Below are positions 25,563 to 40,073 of a stretch of 64,000 nt of DNA, in pieces. Positions within the stretch are counted from its first letter, which is position 1. Each line of letters starts with the position of its first letter. A program made the translations under genes and the position numbers. Origin of the DNA: Paraspadella gotoi (lineage: Eukaryota; Animalia; Chaetognatha); the NCBI GenBank assembly GCA_051294375.1, contig CM119268.1, forward strand, positions 11,654,560 to 11,718,559, read 5' to 3'. Below the pieces are notes generated by a model. The model was not told the DNA's origin and did not search any database. It saw nothing but the letters and a program-made list of their open reading frames with translations.

Positions 25563-28500
25563 GAAAGAGTGACAACTTTTGTTTGTTTCTTCATTCATAC
25601 AAGGAATTAATTTTTAACAGAATTAGAATTAAAGAGAAAATCAGTCTTAGAATTTCGTTTCGTTTTTAGTCACTCGCGTTGAACGAATAATGAAGTTCGT
25701 GATGATAGAGAAAATTTCCGCAAGTTTTCTTCCTTCTTCGTCCTCGCCTAATTTGAAATTTCTCTTTTTCCCCCCCCCCCCTCTCTCTCTCTCTCTCCCT
25801 CTCTCTCTCTCATTCTCTCTCTCTCTCTCTCATCTCTCTCCTCATCTCTCATCCCTCTCTCCTTGTCTTTCCTCGCCCAGTTTTCCGCTAAAAACGCCCT
25901 TCGTCGCTGAGGGATACGAAAGAGTAAAGTGCAAAAGAAGAGAGCGACAAAGAGAGAGAAAGAGAGAGAGAGAGAGGCGAGAGAGAGAGGAGAGAGAAGA
26001 GAGAGAGAGAGAGAGAGCAGGAGCAGAGAGAGAGAGAGAGAGAGAGAATCTGTAAGAAGAATTTACGAGATCAACAGCGTTTTTATAGTGAAGATTCGGT
26101 CTGATGTGTCTTACGGTCTTGCTCTTGTTCCTCTACCCTTTTACATTACTTTTCGAAATCGTCCTTCCATAAATTCCCCCATTCGCAATGACGCCACCCC
26201 ATGGTCACCTCCCTCATCGCCACCCGTGTATGTTGGTCGGTGCCGCCCATCACGCCCCTTTAATTACCCGAGATGCCACCGATCACGGCTTCAGTGATCA
26301 TCTGTCCGACTGCTAGTGTAGGGTTTTCGCTCAGTGTGGTTGACTAGCAGGCTGATCTTCTTTTCTTGCGTCCGTAATTTCTCAACATTTTCTCTTCTTT
26401 TTTTTTCACTAAAATTTATTATTATTAAATTTGAAAATTGCGACAGCGGAAAGAGAAGAAAAAAAAGAAACATCTTGTTGACAATTTCATCATATTTTTT
26501 TTTTAAATTATTAAAGTCTTTTTAATCTTTTTTGTTCGACGCTCAAAGGAACAAATAATACTACACGCATTTTTATAAAAAGTGTTATCAGTGGACGTGG
26601 AGACAATGTTTTTTCTCGGAAAGACATTAGCAAGAGAGCAAGACAAGAAAGCTAAGTACTTAATACTTGGCCAAGAGTGTTGATATCCAAGTGGGCGATG
26701 ACAAGACATCTTGTAAAAAATTCCACTCAAAGTGTAGTTTGAATTATTCTACTGCCAAATTTCGTTTGGAGGATAGTAGTTTTTACTATGATTTTTTTTT
26801 TTCTTTTTCCAAATTTCGCCATAATCGCAAATAAATACTTGTGACTTTTTGCTTTTCTTTTTCATCGTTAGCGAACTGGGGTCATTGAGAATTATACTGG
26901 ACATGGATCACACATTAATGATGTAAATGACGATTGATGCTGATTAGCAATGTGGTTTATGCAGTAGCTACTTTCAAACTCACGTACGCAGGCGGTTGTC
27001 CGATGCTTCAGTTCTCTTTGATCGCGATCCAATCAACTTTTTGTCTTTTGATCGCAGTAACGACCCGTCTTTGTTCGCATTTGGGGAAAAAAATCGAGTC
27101 AAGTGACAAAAATCTCAGGAATGGAATCACCGTCGAGAAAATCTGGGGTAAGGAGGTCAGGAGGTAAGGACGAGAAGAGGAAAGCAGGAGGAGGGAAGAG
27201 GAAGAGGAGGAAGAAAAAATAAAATGATTTTGCGCGAAACGTTTATTTCAAAAAGTGAAAAACACAGACTATCAATGTTTATCCATTTCAGTTAAAAGAA
27301 GACTATAAGAAGTATAGGACGAATAAATAAACGAGAATTAAAAAAATGAAAAAAAAATTAAATAAGAAAACAATATCAAAGTCATTGTTTTCAAGAAACG
27401 TTGCTTGTATTTCAGACGTAAAAGAATAATTGTGACGAAAAAGATGACCACGGTGATAAAAGGAGATGATCATTATGAGATGGCAAAAGATAATCGATTT
27501 CGACTACATTGACGGAAACTGCAACACAACTGACGCGGGACGCCGCCCAACGGCGATTTGCCGATGACGACGAACGACGTCCACCAGCCTAACGAACGCA
27601 CTCGCCTGTGAACGATCGACGGCCGGCGTCGTCGTCGCCAGCGCCCCGAACGACCGGAGGAGGAGAAGTGAGGAAAATCGGCGTTTTGGCCGGAGGATTG
27701 GGCGCACAGAACGCGACCACTACCGCACGTTTCTGATTGGCCGGCTCCAATCCGTTGCTTCGCGTGATTGGCCGTGTATTGTCGGGCGACGGTGATTGGC
27801 CGACGATTGCAAGGAGCGGCTTTTTCAATTGGGCCACAAAGTCAAAAAGGTATCGGTCACAAATCACAGAGCATAGTCAGAACAGGAAAGATAAGTAGAG
27901 AACGAAATCAAACCAATTCACAATATCCTGTGCTGACCTTCAGACAAACTTCGTAAACAAATCACAGGACAAAAAAACAATCGAATCTCAGGTCGAAGAA
28001 AAAGTTGACGTACAGTGTGATCAGCTTTTTTCTTAAAAAAATCAACGAAATATAAGAAAAGGGATAGATGTTTAAATACCCTACAACGTTCTGGGCAATT
28101 TTGGCTTTCATTAAAAACTTTAATTACATACAAGGTAATTGAATAATAATAATAACAATTGAAACATAATTTGAAATATTATACAACTTAAATGATAGGG
28201 AAGCCAGGTACTCTGTGAGAGAGTCTTAATTGAAAGCTTGCAGAGACCTGCTATATCATTAACTTGTAAGAGTGATGGAAGCCTTAAACCACCAAAGCCT
28301 GTCGAACGTCAGGTGCAAGATAGCTGATTTATTAAATGAATGGATAATTTCTATATTGGTTGTACAAATTTCATACATATATATTTCATATACTACTGGG
28401 TCTTTCTCTGTATTTTATCAAATTGTAAGAAGGATGGAGATCTTAACCAATCATAGCTTGTTCAATGTCAGGGTTACCGTAAGATAGATTCTTTATTCCA

Positions 28501-30688
28501 TTTCCGATCATATTTCCATGCCCTGAGATGATTCATTGAACGATTTGGTTGTATCAATTTGATAAGATAAATATATGATAAATATATTTTCATCCGCTTT
28601 TTGACTTATTTTAGATTTTTTCGAATAAATATTTCAATGAAATAAATTTGTTAGACTTTATCTAAAGTTACTTTTCTTCAGAGGTTTAACACTCTTTGTT
28701 GTACGAGTCTGCTTCCACTAAAAGAAATCGCGGGCTTTATTTCTTTGATCAACTCCTATTATAACCTTAACCTCCAAACATGCCTACCAGCCGTTACTCA
28801 GATGTCGATTCATGAAGGGAGAAAAAAAGAAAGAAAGTAAGAAAGAAAGAAAGAGAGAAAGAGAGAAAGATAGAAATAAAGAAAGAAAGAAAGAAAGAAA
28901 GAAAGAAAACAAAAAGAAAAAAAGAAAAAAAGAAGAAGAAAAAAAGAAATAAAGATAGAAAAAGAAAAAAAGAAAAAGAAAAAAAGAAAAAAGAAAAGAA
29001 AGAAAAAGAGAAAGAGTAAAAAAAGGGAAAAAGGCCTAGAAGTAAAGAAAACATCGGAACTCATTGATATTGCTGTGTTGAACCAAGCCCGTTCCTCTCT
29101 CATTTCCCTTTCTCTCTCCCTTCACAGCGATTCCCGCTCAATCACAGACTCAATCTCATTTCTCTCACTACTTCTTTCTCTCTTTTTCTTTTAACTTTTT
29201 TTAATATATTTCGTCAAATCCAAATTCTCAATGATCGTTCACAATTTCACCGCATATACATCTTTACGTCACGCACATAGACTCACCGAAAATAAAACAA
29301 AACAGAAAAAAGAATCTCACTGAAAAACTTATCAATTTCTACACGTAGCAATAAAAACTATTTTTTTTATTTTTAAACCACCACTTTTGAAACGATCGAA
29401 TCATAGAAATTTCCCCCCAAAAAAACAAGGAAGAAATAAAAATCGTGAATCTCTGTCGAACGCACGTGCGTCGCGCGTGCGCAATCGTCAACCACCGCTC
29501 GAGCCGCTGTCCTGGCCGCCATTCTGACCGCCGCTCTGGCACACGCCGATTCTCACCACGTAAATAAATTTTTTTATGAGTAGAGATTAAGACTATTCTT
29601 GTATATTTAATATCATATCTTCAATATAGTTTTGATNNNNNNNNNNNNNNNNNNNNNNNNNNNNNNNNNNNNNNNNNNNNNNNNNNNNNNNNNNNNNNNN
29701 NNNNNNNNNNNNNNNNNNNNNNNNNNNNNNNNNNNNNNNNNNNNNNNNNNNNNNNNNNNNNNNNNNNNNNNNNNNNNNNNNNNNNNNNNNNNNNNNNNNN
29801 NNNNNNNNNNNNNNNNNNNNNNNNNNNNNNNNNNNNNNNNNNNNNNNNNNNNNNNNNNNNNNNNNNNNNNNNNNNNNNNNNNNNNNNNNNNNNNNNNNNN
29901 NNNNNNNNNNNNNNNNNNNNNNNNNNNNNNNNNNNNNNNNNNNNNNNNNNNNNNNNNNNNNNNNNNNNNNNNNNNNNNNNNNNNNNNNNNNNNNNNNNNN
30001 NNNNNNNNNNNNNNNNNNNNNNNNNNNNNNNNNNNNNNNNNNNNNNNNNNNNNNNNNNNNNNNNNNNNNNNNNNNNNNNNNNNNNNNNNNNNNNNNNNNN
30101 NNNCAAGCATCGACGCCGACCGTAATAAGGAGATTTTGATGAAGAAGCAAAGGCGCAATGCGGCCAAGTTTTAACTATCTCTATCTCTCTCTCTCTCTCT
30201 TCTCTCTCTTCTCTCTCTCTCTCTCTGCTCTCTCTCTCTCTCTCTCTCTCTTCTCTTTTTCTTTCTATTTTCTCTTTCTCTTCTCCCTTTCAATCATTCT
30301 CTCTGCTCCTTCACTCTTCTCTTTATTCCCCACTCTCGTCTCCGTCTGTTTTTCTCTCTATATCTCTCTTCTGTTACTCTTTCTCTCTCTTCTCCTTCCT
30401 CGTCCTCCCTACTTTCCCTCCTCCCTACTTCCCCTCCCCTCTCTACTTCCCTCCCTCCCTACTTCCCTCCCTTCCTTTTCTCCTCTCGATCCTTCTGGCT
30501 AGGGTAATGCGGCTTATGAGGCGCCACCGCGGTTTAACGCAAAGTGACATGAGAAACAACGGGACTGGAACCACGTTGCCACAGGAATGGGGTTGGGCAC
30601 TTTCGGCAGTGTTCATATTTTATGGGTATGGGGAAGGGGGCAGAAGAAGAGAGAGAGCAGGAGAGAGAGAGAGAGAGAGAGAGCAGAG

Positions 30689-30728
<40 letters not shown>

Positions 30729-30972
30729 AGAGAGACGGAAAGGGTGACAACTTTTGTTTGTTTCTTCATTCATACAGAGAATTAGTTTTTTAACAGAATT
30801 AGAATTAAAAGAAAATCAGTCTTGAGAATTTCGTTTCGTTTTAGTCACTCGCGTTGAACGAATAATGAAGGTCGTTTGATGATAGATGAAAATTTCACAG
30901 TTTTTCTTCTCTTCTTTTCCTCGGCCTAATTTTGAAATTCTCTTTTCCCCCCCCCCCCTCTCTCTCCTCTCT

Positions 30973-31032
<60 letters not shown>

Positions 31033-32149
31033 CTTGCTATCTTTCCTCGCCCAGTTTTCCGCTTAAAAACCGGCCCCACTACGGCGCTGAAGGGAATCGG
31101 AAAGAGTGATAATGCAAAAGAGAGAGCGGTACAAAGAAAGCAGAGGGAGGTGAGAGAGGGGGAGAAAGAAAGGACAGAGAGTACGAGAGAGAGTGGAGTG
31201 GAGAGTGGAGCCGTGAGAACTCTCTCTCTTTTTTTTTGAATTATTCCTGCAATTTCGTTGGAGGATATAGTTTTTAACTATGATTTTTTTTTCAAATTTC
31301 CGCATAATCGAAATAAATACTGTGACTTTTTGCTGTTTCTTTTTCATCGTCACGAACTGAGTCATTGAGAATTATACTGGACATGATCACACATGAATGA
31401 TGTAATGAGCGATTGATGCTGTAGCAATTGGTTTATGCAGTAGATACTTTCAACATCACGTAGCAGGGGTGTCGAACTTCAGTTCTCTTTGATCGCATCC
31501 AACACTTTTTGTCTTTGATCGCAGTAACGACCGTCTTTGTTCGCATTTGGGGAAAAAATCGAGTCAAGTGACACAAAAATCTCAGGATGGAATCACGTCG
31601 AGAAAATCTGGGGTAAGGAGGAGGAGGAGGACGAGGAAGAGGAAGAGGATGAGGAGGAGGAAGAGGAGGAAGAAAAAATAAAATATTTTGCGCGAAACGT
31701 TTATTTCAAAAAGTGAAAAACAAAGACTATCATGTTTATTCCTTTCAGTTAAAAAGAAGACTATAAAAGTATAGACGAATAAAAATAAACGAGAATTAAA
31801 AAAAAGTGCAAAAAAAAAATATTAAGCAAGAAAAAATATCAAGTCATTGTTTTCAACGTTTTGATTTCGACGTAAAAGATAATTGTGAACGAAAAGATGA
31901 CCACCGTGATAAAAGGAGATGATATTATGAGATGGCAAAGATAATCGATTTCGACTACATTGACGGAAACTGCAACAACGACGCGGACGCCAACGGCGTT
32001 GCCGATGACGACGACGACGTCACCGCCTACGACGACGCCGTGAACGACGACGCCGGCGTCGTCGTCGCCGCGCCCCGAACGACGCCGGAGGAGGAGAAGT
32101 GAGAATCGGCGTTTTGGCGGAGGATGGGCGCCAGAAGCGACGCCTCCGC

Positions 32150-32282
32150 GCGTTCTGATTGGCCGGATCCAATCCGTTGTCGTTGATTGGCCGGGTATTG
32201 TCGGGCGACGGTGATTGGCCGACGATTGAGAAGCGGCTTTTCATTGGTCCACAAAGCAAAAAGGGTATCGGTCCAATCACAG
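32150..32282. promoter_or_regulatory. Phased array of CCAAT (NF-Y-type) boxes (noisier copy at ~27730-27870)
   Basis: ATTGG at 32158, 32186, 32214 and 32243 (three as TGATTGGCCG), plus CCAAT at 32169 and 32273. YY1/Pho-like AAGATGGCG at ~32483. Confidence 0.55.
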
Positions 32283-34901
32283 AGTAGTAGACAGAAGATA
32301 GAGGACGAAATCACTGACCACTCCTACCATTTCACCCCTTACCACGTAACATTTTACCCACCCTTACCCCCTCCACCCTTACGAATCATCCAACTGAAAC
32401 GAACCATCGCGATTTGAGTTGTTCCCCCCGATTCCTGCTTCCAATTTTAAAGGCTTCGCCGTTCTCGAGCTTTGTTTTCGATAAGATGGCGCGAATACGG
32501 AGCGGTTTTGGATGAGGGAGAACACGAGATCGGAAAAGATGTTTTGGCAAGAGGGATGAGAGAGGAGGAGAGAGAAGACAGAGAGGAGAGAGTACCAGAC
32601 AGAGAGAGAGAGCAGATAGAGAGGATTGAGATGAGATCGGCAGAAGTAGAGAGAGATGAAGAGAGAGCGAGAGAGAAGGAGAGAGAAAAGATGAGAGAGG
32701 AGTGAGAGAGAGATATTTCGTGTTGCAAGTTCGATCCTTCTTCAATAGCTTAGACAATTCTTTTTTTTCCCGATGAACTAAATTTTGTTAACATCTCACT
32801 TCTCAGTTCCCAACAGAAACGAAGGCGAAATCCGTAGGATGCGCCCTCACCCGAGAATCTGGGTCGATGTTGCCTTTCACTTCACTCACTTCCTTCACTC
32901 TGCGAAACTCCATGCGGAATCCGATGTTTTTTCTCAGCTTCCCTTAATCTCTTTCCTTTCGGTGCCTTAACATTAATTTTACAGATTTTCCCATTTGTAT
33001 TCAGCCGTTTGCACTCAATATGTCTAGGGCTGTTCATTTGTCAATGAATTCTCATTCCACAGATCCCTGTTTCGCCTTCCTGATTGTACCCATCTTTTCT
33101 CGAGCGCCACGGCAGGACCCCCCTTACTCGATGCGAAGCTCAATAACATCTCGCCTGCCCATCGCCCGATAAAACCCCGCACATCCTTTCTCCTCTCTTC
33201 CCGCACAATACCATATTTGGTTTGGAAAGTTTTTTGATTCGCGTAAAATAAAAATTAAATTTCAATACCAAAAATCGCTTTTTTGCTTCTTCGGGTAACA
33301 GGCGCAAACAAAATTTATGTGGATGGCGGCGACTGAGAGATGAGAGAGATGAGAGAACGAGAGAGAAGAGAGAGAGAGAGAGACGAGAGAGAGAGAGGAG
33401 ATCGAGGAGAGAGAGAGATGAGGAATGATTCACTTTCATGACATTCGATAAAAAAATTTCTCTGTGAAAAATAATAAGCAAAGCAGAAGGAATTTAAAGA
33501 GAGATCGGCGTTCGGCGTAAGAGAAACGGTTTTATCCCTGGTTGTTGTTGCTGTGTAGGCAGATTCTATAGATAACGGAGAAGCTTTAAAAAATTTAAAA
33601 ATCCCTTCTTTTTTTTCACTCTCCTCTCCTAATATTTCTCTCTTGTTGGTATTAGTACTTTTTTTTTCGAAAAGAAGCTTACCAAACGACCTTTTCAACT
33701 AAACTTCAGTAAAGCAGTTTGAAGTGCTGATCAGCACAGACTCATTCTGATTGGATNNNNNNNNNNNNNNNNNNNNNNNNNTTAAGATAAGGCTGATTCA
33801 AATAAGCGACGGTTTATCGCCAATGAAAATAATTAATGTTTCTTGGCTTTGGGTACATGTTCTTCTGAAGTAAGCGAGTAATGTTTTTTATTACAATAAT
33901 GGGCAGTGAACTTGATCGTCGTTTGTCGGTGTTGTGGTCGTTTGTTGTTGTTGTTGTCATCGTCACTTGAGCCGCTACACAATCGATGAAAATTTCATGT
34001 TAAGCTTTAAAATTTTTTTATATTTTCGAATTCTATTTGTGAAAAACCTTTGAAGCGAAAAAGAAGAGAAACATTGAAACTTACTTCATCTTCTTTGACC
34101 TACTTTTCTATTCTTCTCCTTACTTTATCCATGAAAATTTTCCTCACTTTCTTTTCAAGATTTTTACTCTGAATTCAAATGATTATTCGCCGTTTCACAT
34201 TTTCATTTTCTTCGATTCCATCTTTTTTTTTGAGGGGGGGGAAAGAGAATTCAAAATTTAGGCCGAGGAAAAGAAGAGAAGAAAAACTGTGAAACTTTTC
34301 ATCTAATCAAATCACGAACCCTTCATATTGTTCAAACGCGAGTGACTAAAACGAAAAGAAATTCTCAAGACTGATTTTCTCTTAATTCTAATTCTGTAAA
34401 AAACTAATTCTCTGTATGAATGAAGAAACAAACAAAAGTTGTCACTCCTTTCCTCTCTCTCATCTCTCTCATCATCTCTCTCTTATCTCTCTCTCGTCTC
34501 TCGTCTCTCTTCTCTCTCTCTCTCTCTCCCTCTCTCTCTCCCCCTTCCCCATACCCATAAAAATATGAACACTCCGAAATCGCCAACCCCATTCCTGTGG
34601 CACGATGTTCCAGTCACCGTTGTATTCTCATGTCACTTTGCGTTAAACCGCGGTGGCGCCTCATACCCGCATTACCACTAGCCAGAAGGATCGAGAGGAG
34701 AAAAGGAAGGGGGGAAGTAGGGAGGGAGGGAAGATAGAAGGGAGGGAAGTAGGGAGGAGGGAAGTAGGGAGGACCAGGAGGGAAGGAGAAGAGAGAGAAA
34801 GAGTAAGAGAGAGATTAGAGAGAAGAACAGACGGGACAGAGTGGCGGAATAAAGAGAAGAGTGAGGAGCAGAGAGANNNNNNNNNNNNNNNNNNNNNNNN
34901 N

Positions 34902-34937
<36 letters not shown>

Positions 34938-36911
34938 GAATTCATTTCTCGGAATTCCGCGATTTTTCTATTTTGTTTCCGTCGCAAAAGGAAGGAGACA
35001 TATTGGGCGAGGAAGAATTCCCTCGGGGCTTCAATAACGAGGGGAGAGGGAGAGAGAGAGAGAGGGTATCGAAAAGAGGGGAGGGACGGAAGTAGAGAGT
35101 CGAACGGAACCGGTGAATGTCATCAAAATGTTATATTGATAAATATTAAATATAATATAATATAGTATGCAACGTTTGTTAAATCTTGAGAGTATTGCCT
35201 CCTCTTTTTTTTTTCGTTACCGATCTTGTTGCCATCTGCTGAAGACTGTGTTGACGCCAACGGAATCAGCCTGTTTTTTTCTCTTTTCCTTTTCGCGTCT
35301 TCAGAATCATCCCTCTCGTCGTCGTCTTTTTACTTGGTCATTGTCGTACTTGTCGTCATAGTCATAGTCGCCATTGTCGTCTCTTTCCTTTGTCATCATC
35401 GTCCCTTTCGATATATTCAACATTTTTCTATGTCATCGTTCTTTGTTGTCGTCGTCATCATCGTCGTTTTTTTCTTCGTCTTCGTCGTCGTCGTCATCTT
35501 CGTCGTCTTTTTTTTTTTCTTCGCCTTCGTCGTCGCCTTCGTCATCTTGGAATTTGGAAGAGAGAATCCAAATTGAATCGCAAAAACCGAAATTTAGTTC
35601 GAAGGAAAAGTCGAGGAAAAAGTGTGGAAGGGAGAGTCGTGGAAAATTGGGGTGAAGAGTTGTGGGATGGAATTGTATTGGGAGAGGGAGGAGTGGCGTA
35701 GAGTGTCGTGATTGGAAGTTGAAGTGGGGGTAGGGGAGTATGAGAAATATGTAGAGTTGCTATGAGAAGAGTGCTGCCGGTAAGAGTGAAAAGGAGCGAA
35801 CAAAATCGAACGGTAGTTTAAGGAGTCTTCAGAAAGACGAGGTAAGAAAAAATAAATGGGGGAAAAAAAAAGAGTTTCTTAAAAGCGGTCGGTGGTGATT
35901 GCGAATTCTTTAACGAACGCTGACCCGCTTCTACTGTCGCAACATCATTGCGCCATAGAAAGCAAACTCTCGCACCCTGACAGCGACGCACCCTGCGTGC
36001 AAGCGCTTGCCTNNNNNNNNNNNNNNNNNNNNNNNNNNNNNNNNNNNNNNNNNNNNNNNNNNNNNNNNNNNNNNNNNNNNNNNNNNNNNNNNNNNNNNNN
36101 NNNNNNNNNNNNNNNNNNNNNNNNNNNNNNNNNNNNNNNNNNNNNNNNNNNNNNNNNNNNNNNNNNNNNNNNNNNNNNNNNNNNNNNNNNNNNNNNNNNN
36201 NNNNNNNNNNNNNNNNNNNNNNNNNNGTTGCAGAAAACTGTGGAGTTTGTTTTTATAACAACATCTGAAGATTGCGAATGATGACGACGACGATAACGAC
36301 GACGACAAAGGTCACAGCGACGACAAAGTGAACGACCTCGATGAATATAAAATATTAAAAATAAACTATAAATAAACGATCGACATTTAATACTTAATTA
36401 TAGAATCAAAACGAAATATTAACATTTTTTTCAGCTGTCAAAAAGTCGCGAAAAACCCAGAGGCAAAGAAATGAATAAATCATCGGAAGAATCGAAAAGA
36501 AAAGCGATAAAAAATGAGTGGAACTTTGAAGCGAATTAAAAATGGGCTGAGGATTCATTAGTCATTCCATGACTCGTCGTCGTCGTCGTTGTCATCGTCG
36601 ACATCGTTGTCGTTGTCGACATCGTCGTCATCGTCGTCTTCCTCGACGACGTTGTCATAGTCAACTTAGGAAAAGAAAAAAAATCATATTCTCATTTACA
36701 ATTTATACAATTTTACAATCTTTTACAAATATAGTCGTAAACTGGTCTTTGCTTATTCTGTTGTATGTTTTCCTAAATATTTTCCCATAATTAAATAAAC
36801 TAATTTCATTAATTCCTTCTGTTCATCTTCTCATCCATTATCTCATTTCGTCTTCAAAATCTTATGGACGAAAATGGCGCCAAAAAATTCCTCACGAACG
36901 AAGCCCATAAA

Positions 36912-36944
<33 letters not shown>

Positions 36945-37640
36945 TTGAAGTGGATGAACGGGGGAATAAATCATCTTTATGTTCCAGACTCTATTTTCCC
37001 ACTCCCTTAATCTTTTATTTGTCTGGAAATTTGGGGAAGTCATTTTCACATTGCCTCATCAAATTATGACGCGGTTTAAAATATTTTCAGTCTCTCCCTT
37101 CTCTCTCTCTCCACCAATTGTTTAAATTTTTTTTTTATTCATAGCAATTTAATAAATATAATTTAATAAATGTATGTACGTAAGAAAATACATGATAACA
37201 AACTGCAATTAATTTCCAGTCACCGAAATCTAAACTAAAATATTATACTAACTTCTCCTTTATCTTGTCTTACAAATTTTACTTCAGGAGTAAAACTAGC
37301 GAAAAAAAACTCGTTTAATTGAATGATTAATGTAGTCGCCTCCTCGGCTCATAAAGCATGAAGCCGGCATGTAGATTGCTCTCTCTCTCTCTCTCTCTCT
37401 NNNNNNNNNNNNNNNNNNNNNNNNNNNNNNNNNNNNNNNNNNNNNNNNNNNNNNNNNNNNNNNNNNNNNNNNNNNNNNNNNNNNNNNNNNNNNNNNNNNN
37501 NNNNNNNNNNNNNNNNNNNNNNNNNNNNNNNNNNNNNNNNNNNNNNNTCTCTCTCTCCAGTCAACTCTATAGTTCCTAACCACTTCATTTCCGTCGCAAG
37601 GTATTATTAATTTTATTCATTCGCTTGACTCTACTCTCAA

Positions 37641-37671
37641 TCACGTGACCTCCTTCGATTGATCACGTGAC
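37641..37671. promoter_or_regulatory. Paired TCACGTGAC E-boxes (USF/MiT-TFE type)
   Basis: TCACGTGAC at 37641-37649 and 37663-37671. Confidence 0.35.
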
Positions 37672-37995
37672 TACCGCCAAAGCCAAAACCAGTTTTCTTT
37701 TTCTTCCTCGTCTCCTAATTTGGGTGAATCTTTCGAGTAAAAACCCGGCGATTTTTCCTGATTAAGAGTTNNNNNNNNNNNNNNNNNNNNNNNNNNNNNN
37801 NNNNNNNNNNNNNNNNNNNNNNNNNNNNNNNNNNNNNNNNNNNNNNNNNNNNNNNNNNNNNNNNNNNNNNNNNNNNNNNNNNNNNNNNNNNNNNNNNNNN
37901 NNNNNNNNNNNNNNNNNNNNNNNNNNNNNNNNNNNNNNNNNNNNNNNNNNNNNNACCTTATCATTTTCTATCTAATGGTTTCCTTACCCTATAAT

Positions 37996-38142
<147 letters not shown>

Positions 38143-39294
38143 TGCCCTCCGACCTCGATTAGTGATGAAACATAATCAATCAAACAGAAAATGTTGAAAT
38201 TAAAATCGTTTGTCTTTCGAAGTTTAAGCTGAAATAGTCACAGGTGGAAAGGATTAAAATCGACAAGTGCGGAAGAGATTGATAACAATTAAAATACAGA
38301 TACTTTTAACGTTCGCCTAAAACTATTCGTATTATAATTTATTAGCTTGAAAATATGGTTACATCAACCAAATAAGAAAAATGACCTCAAAATTAAAAAA
38401 TACAAAAATCAGTACGTAGTAGTCGTAGACAAGTAAATCACAATTTTTTTTTTTTTTTTGACAACCGATGATCTTAGGTACACATTTGACATTTTCAGAT
38501 TTGAAAAAAAATGTAACTTTTTTTCTTCGTACTTAGGTACTACTGATTGTCAGAGAAGATATATTTTAAAAAATGGCTTAAAAAAAAGACAATTCTGTCT
38601 TCCCGCCGGTTTTAATGATAATCATACCGTCGGAGTCAACTCAACCGTGACAGACCAATGAAAAAAAAAATTCATTCTAAGATCACGATTTTTGCCAGTT
38701 TTTTCCACTTTCTGTCATTTAAAAAAAAAAAAAAAAGAAAATTGAAATAGGAATTTGGAAAATGAGAGGATTTAAGTTTTGCGCCTAAAGGTCTGGATTC
38801 GGTCGCGCGTGACCCGAGCTGGGGACACGAGCCGCTGGACGGGGAGAGAGGCCCCGCGGGGGGGATGAGTCGCGCCCGTTGGGGCCAGGGGATGATGACG
38901 ACGATGAAGACGACGATGGCGACGACGACCAGTTTGACGAAGTTGAAGAAGAGGTTGAAGAGGACGAGGAATATGACGGCAGCAACGACGGCGTCGCTCT
39001 TTGAGCTCACAAGGAAAAACGGCGTTTTCGATGACCGTGAAGACCATGATGACAAAGATGACGTAAAAAATCGAAGGATGAAATGGAACTGATCTTTCAA
39101 AGATGACGAACAAAAGAGGTTTACCAGATCACGGTTGGGAAAAGGCCGACAAGAAGATACGGATTCGAAACTTGACATTTAACAATAACGATCATTACAA
39201 TTCGTTTCATAAGTTTATTAGAAGAAAAACAAAAGTAAAAGAGTTTTGAGCAACTAGACAATGACGAAGGTGTCTTCGTCTTCTCCTCTTTCTC

Positions 39295-39396
<102 letters not shown>

Positions 39397-40045
39397 TTTC
39401 TTCTCGTCTCTGAAAATGACAATTTCTGAATTCATTCCTCTCTATTAACAATTCAACAAACGACCGACGGACGACGACGACGACGACGACGGAGACGAAT
39501 ACTCAAGATGAATTTTCGCCTCTTTAATTAATTATTCACGGAGTCGAATCGCTAAATTCCCCCCCCTCCCCCCCCCCCCCCCCCCCCGGTCTCATCAATT
39601 ACCCCGGCTCCCCAATTTCAATTCCTCATCTCCCTAAAAATGGATCCCGAGGTGACCGAGTTTCCGATTTTTGTCGCCGAGGTCGAAATCAAAACCCTGA
39701 CTGCGGGTTCAATTTCCAGCGGAGAGGATAATAAATTACGTAAACTCGCTGTTGGATTCCTTAGTATGTTTTAAAAAATTTGTATATAAAATAGGTACCG
39801 ACGCAATGTACAAAAATAGCCATTTCAATTAAATATAATAATTACGTAATCTTTACTGTTTGATTTCTATTTAGTTTAATTATTAAATATTAAATTAATT
39901 ATCCCTCTTAATCACTTGTTTTTTTCTTCGAACATTAAATTGAAAAAAGAATTGTTATTTATTATCATTTTTGGATTTCATCGTACAAACACCCTTTCGG
40001 TCAGTGATCACCCGCCATCCTCACCGACGCCCTCCTCGCTCTGTG

Positions 40046-40073
40046 GTCACGTGATATTTATCAATCACGTGAC
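40046..40073. promoter_or_regulatory. Paired GTCACGTGA / TCACGTGAC E-boxes
   Basis: GTCACGTGA at 40046-40054 and TCACGTGAC at 40065-40073 within a CpG-rich patch. Confidence 0.35.

Larger units (their letters stand above)
23386..32290 (+). repeat. ~4.4-kb direct near-duplication (23386-27870 vs 27955-32290), with a third inverted partial copy at ~34232-34876
   Basis: Both copies start AAACAAATCACAGGACAAAA and end in the CCAAT array; differences are indel-dominated. Confidence 0.9.
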
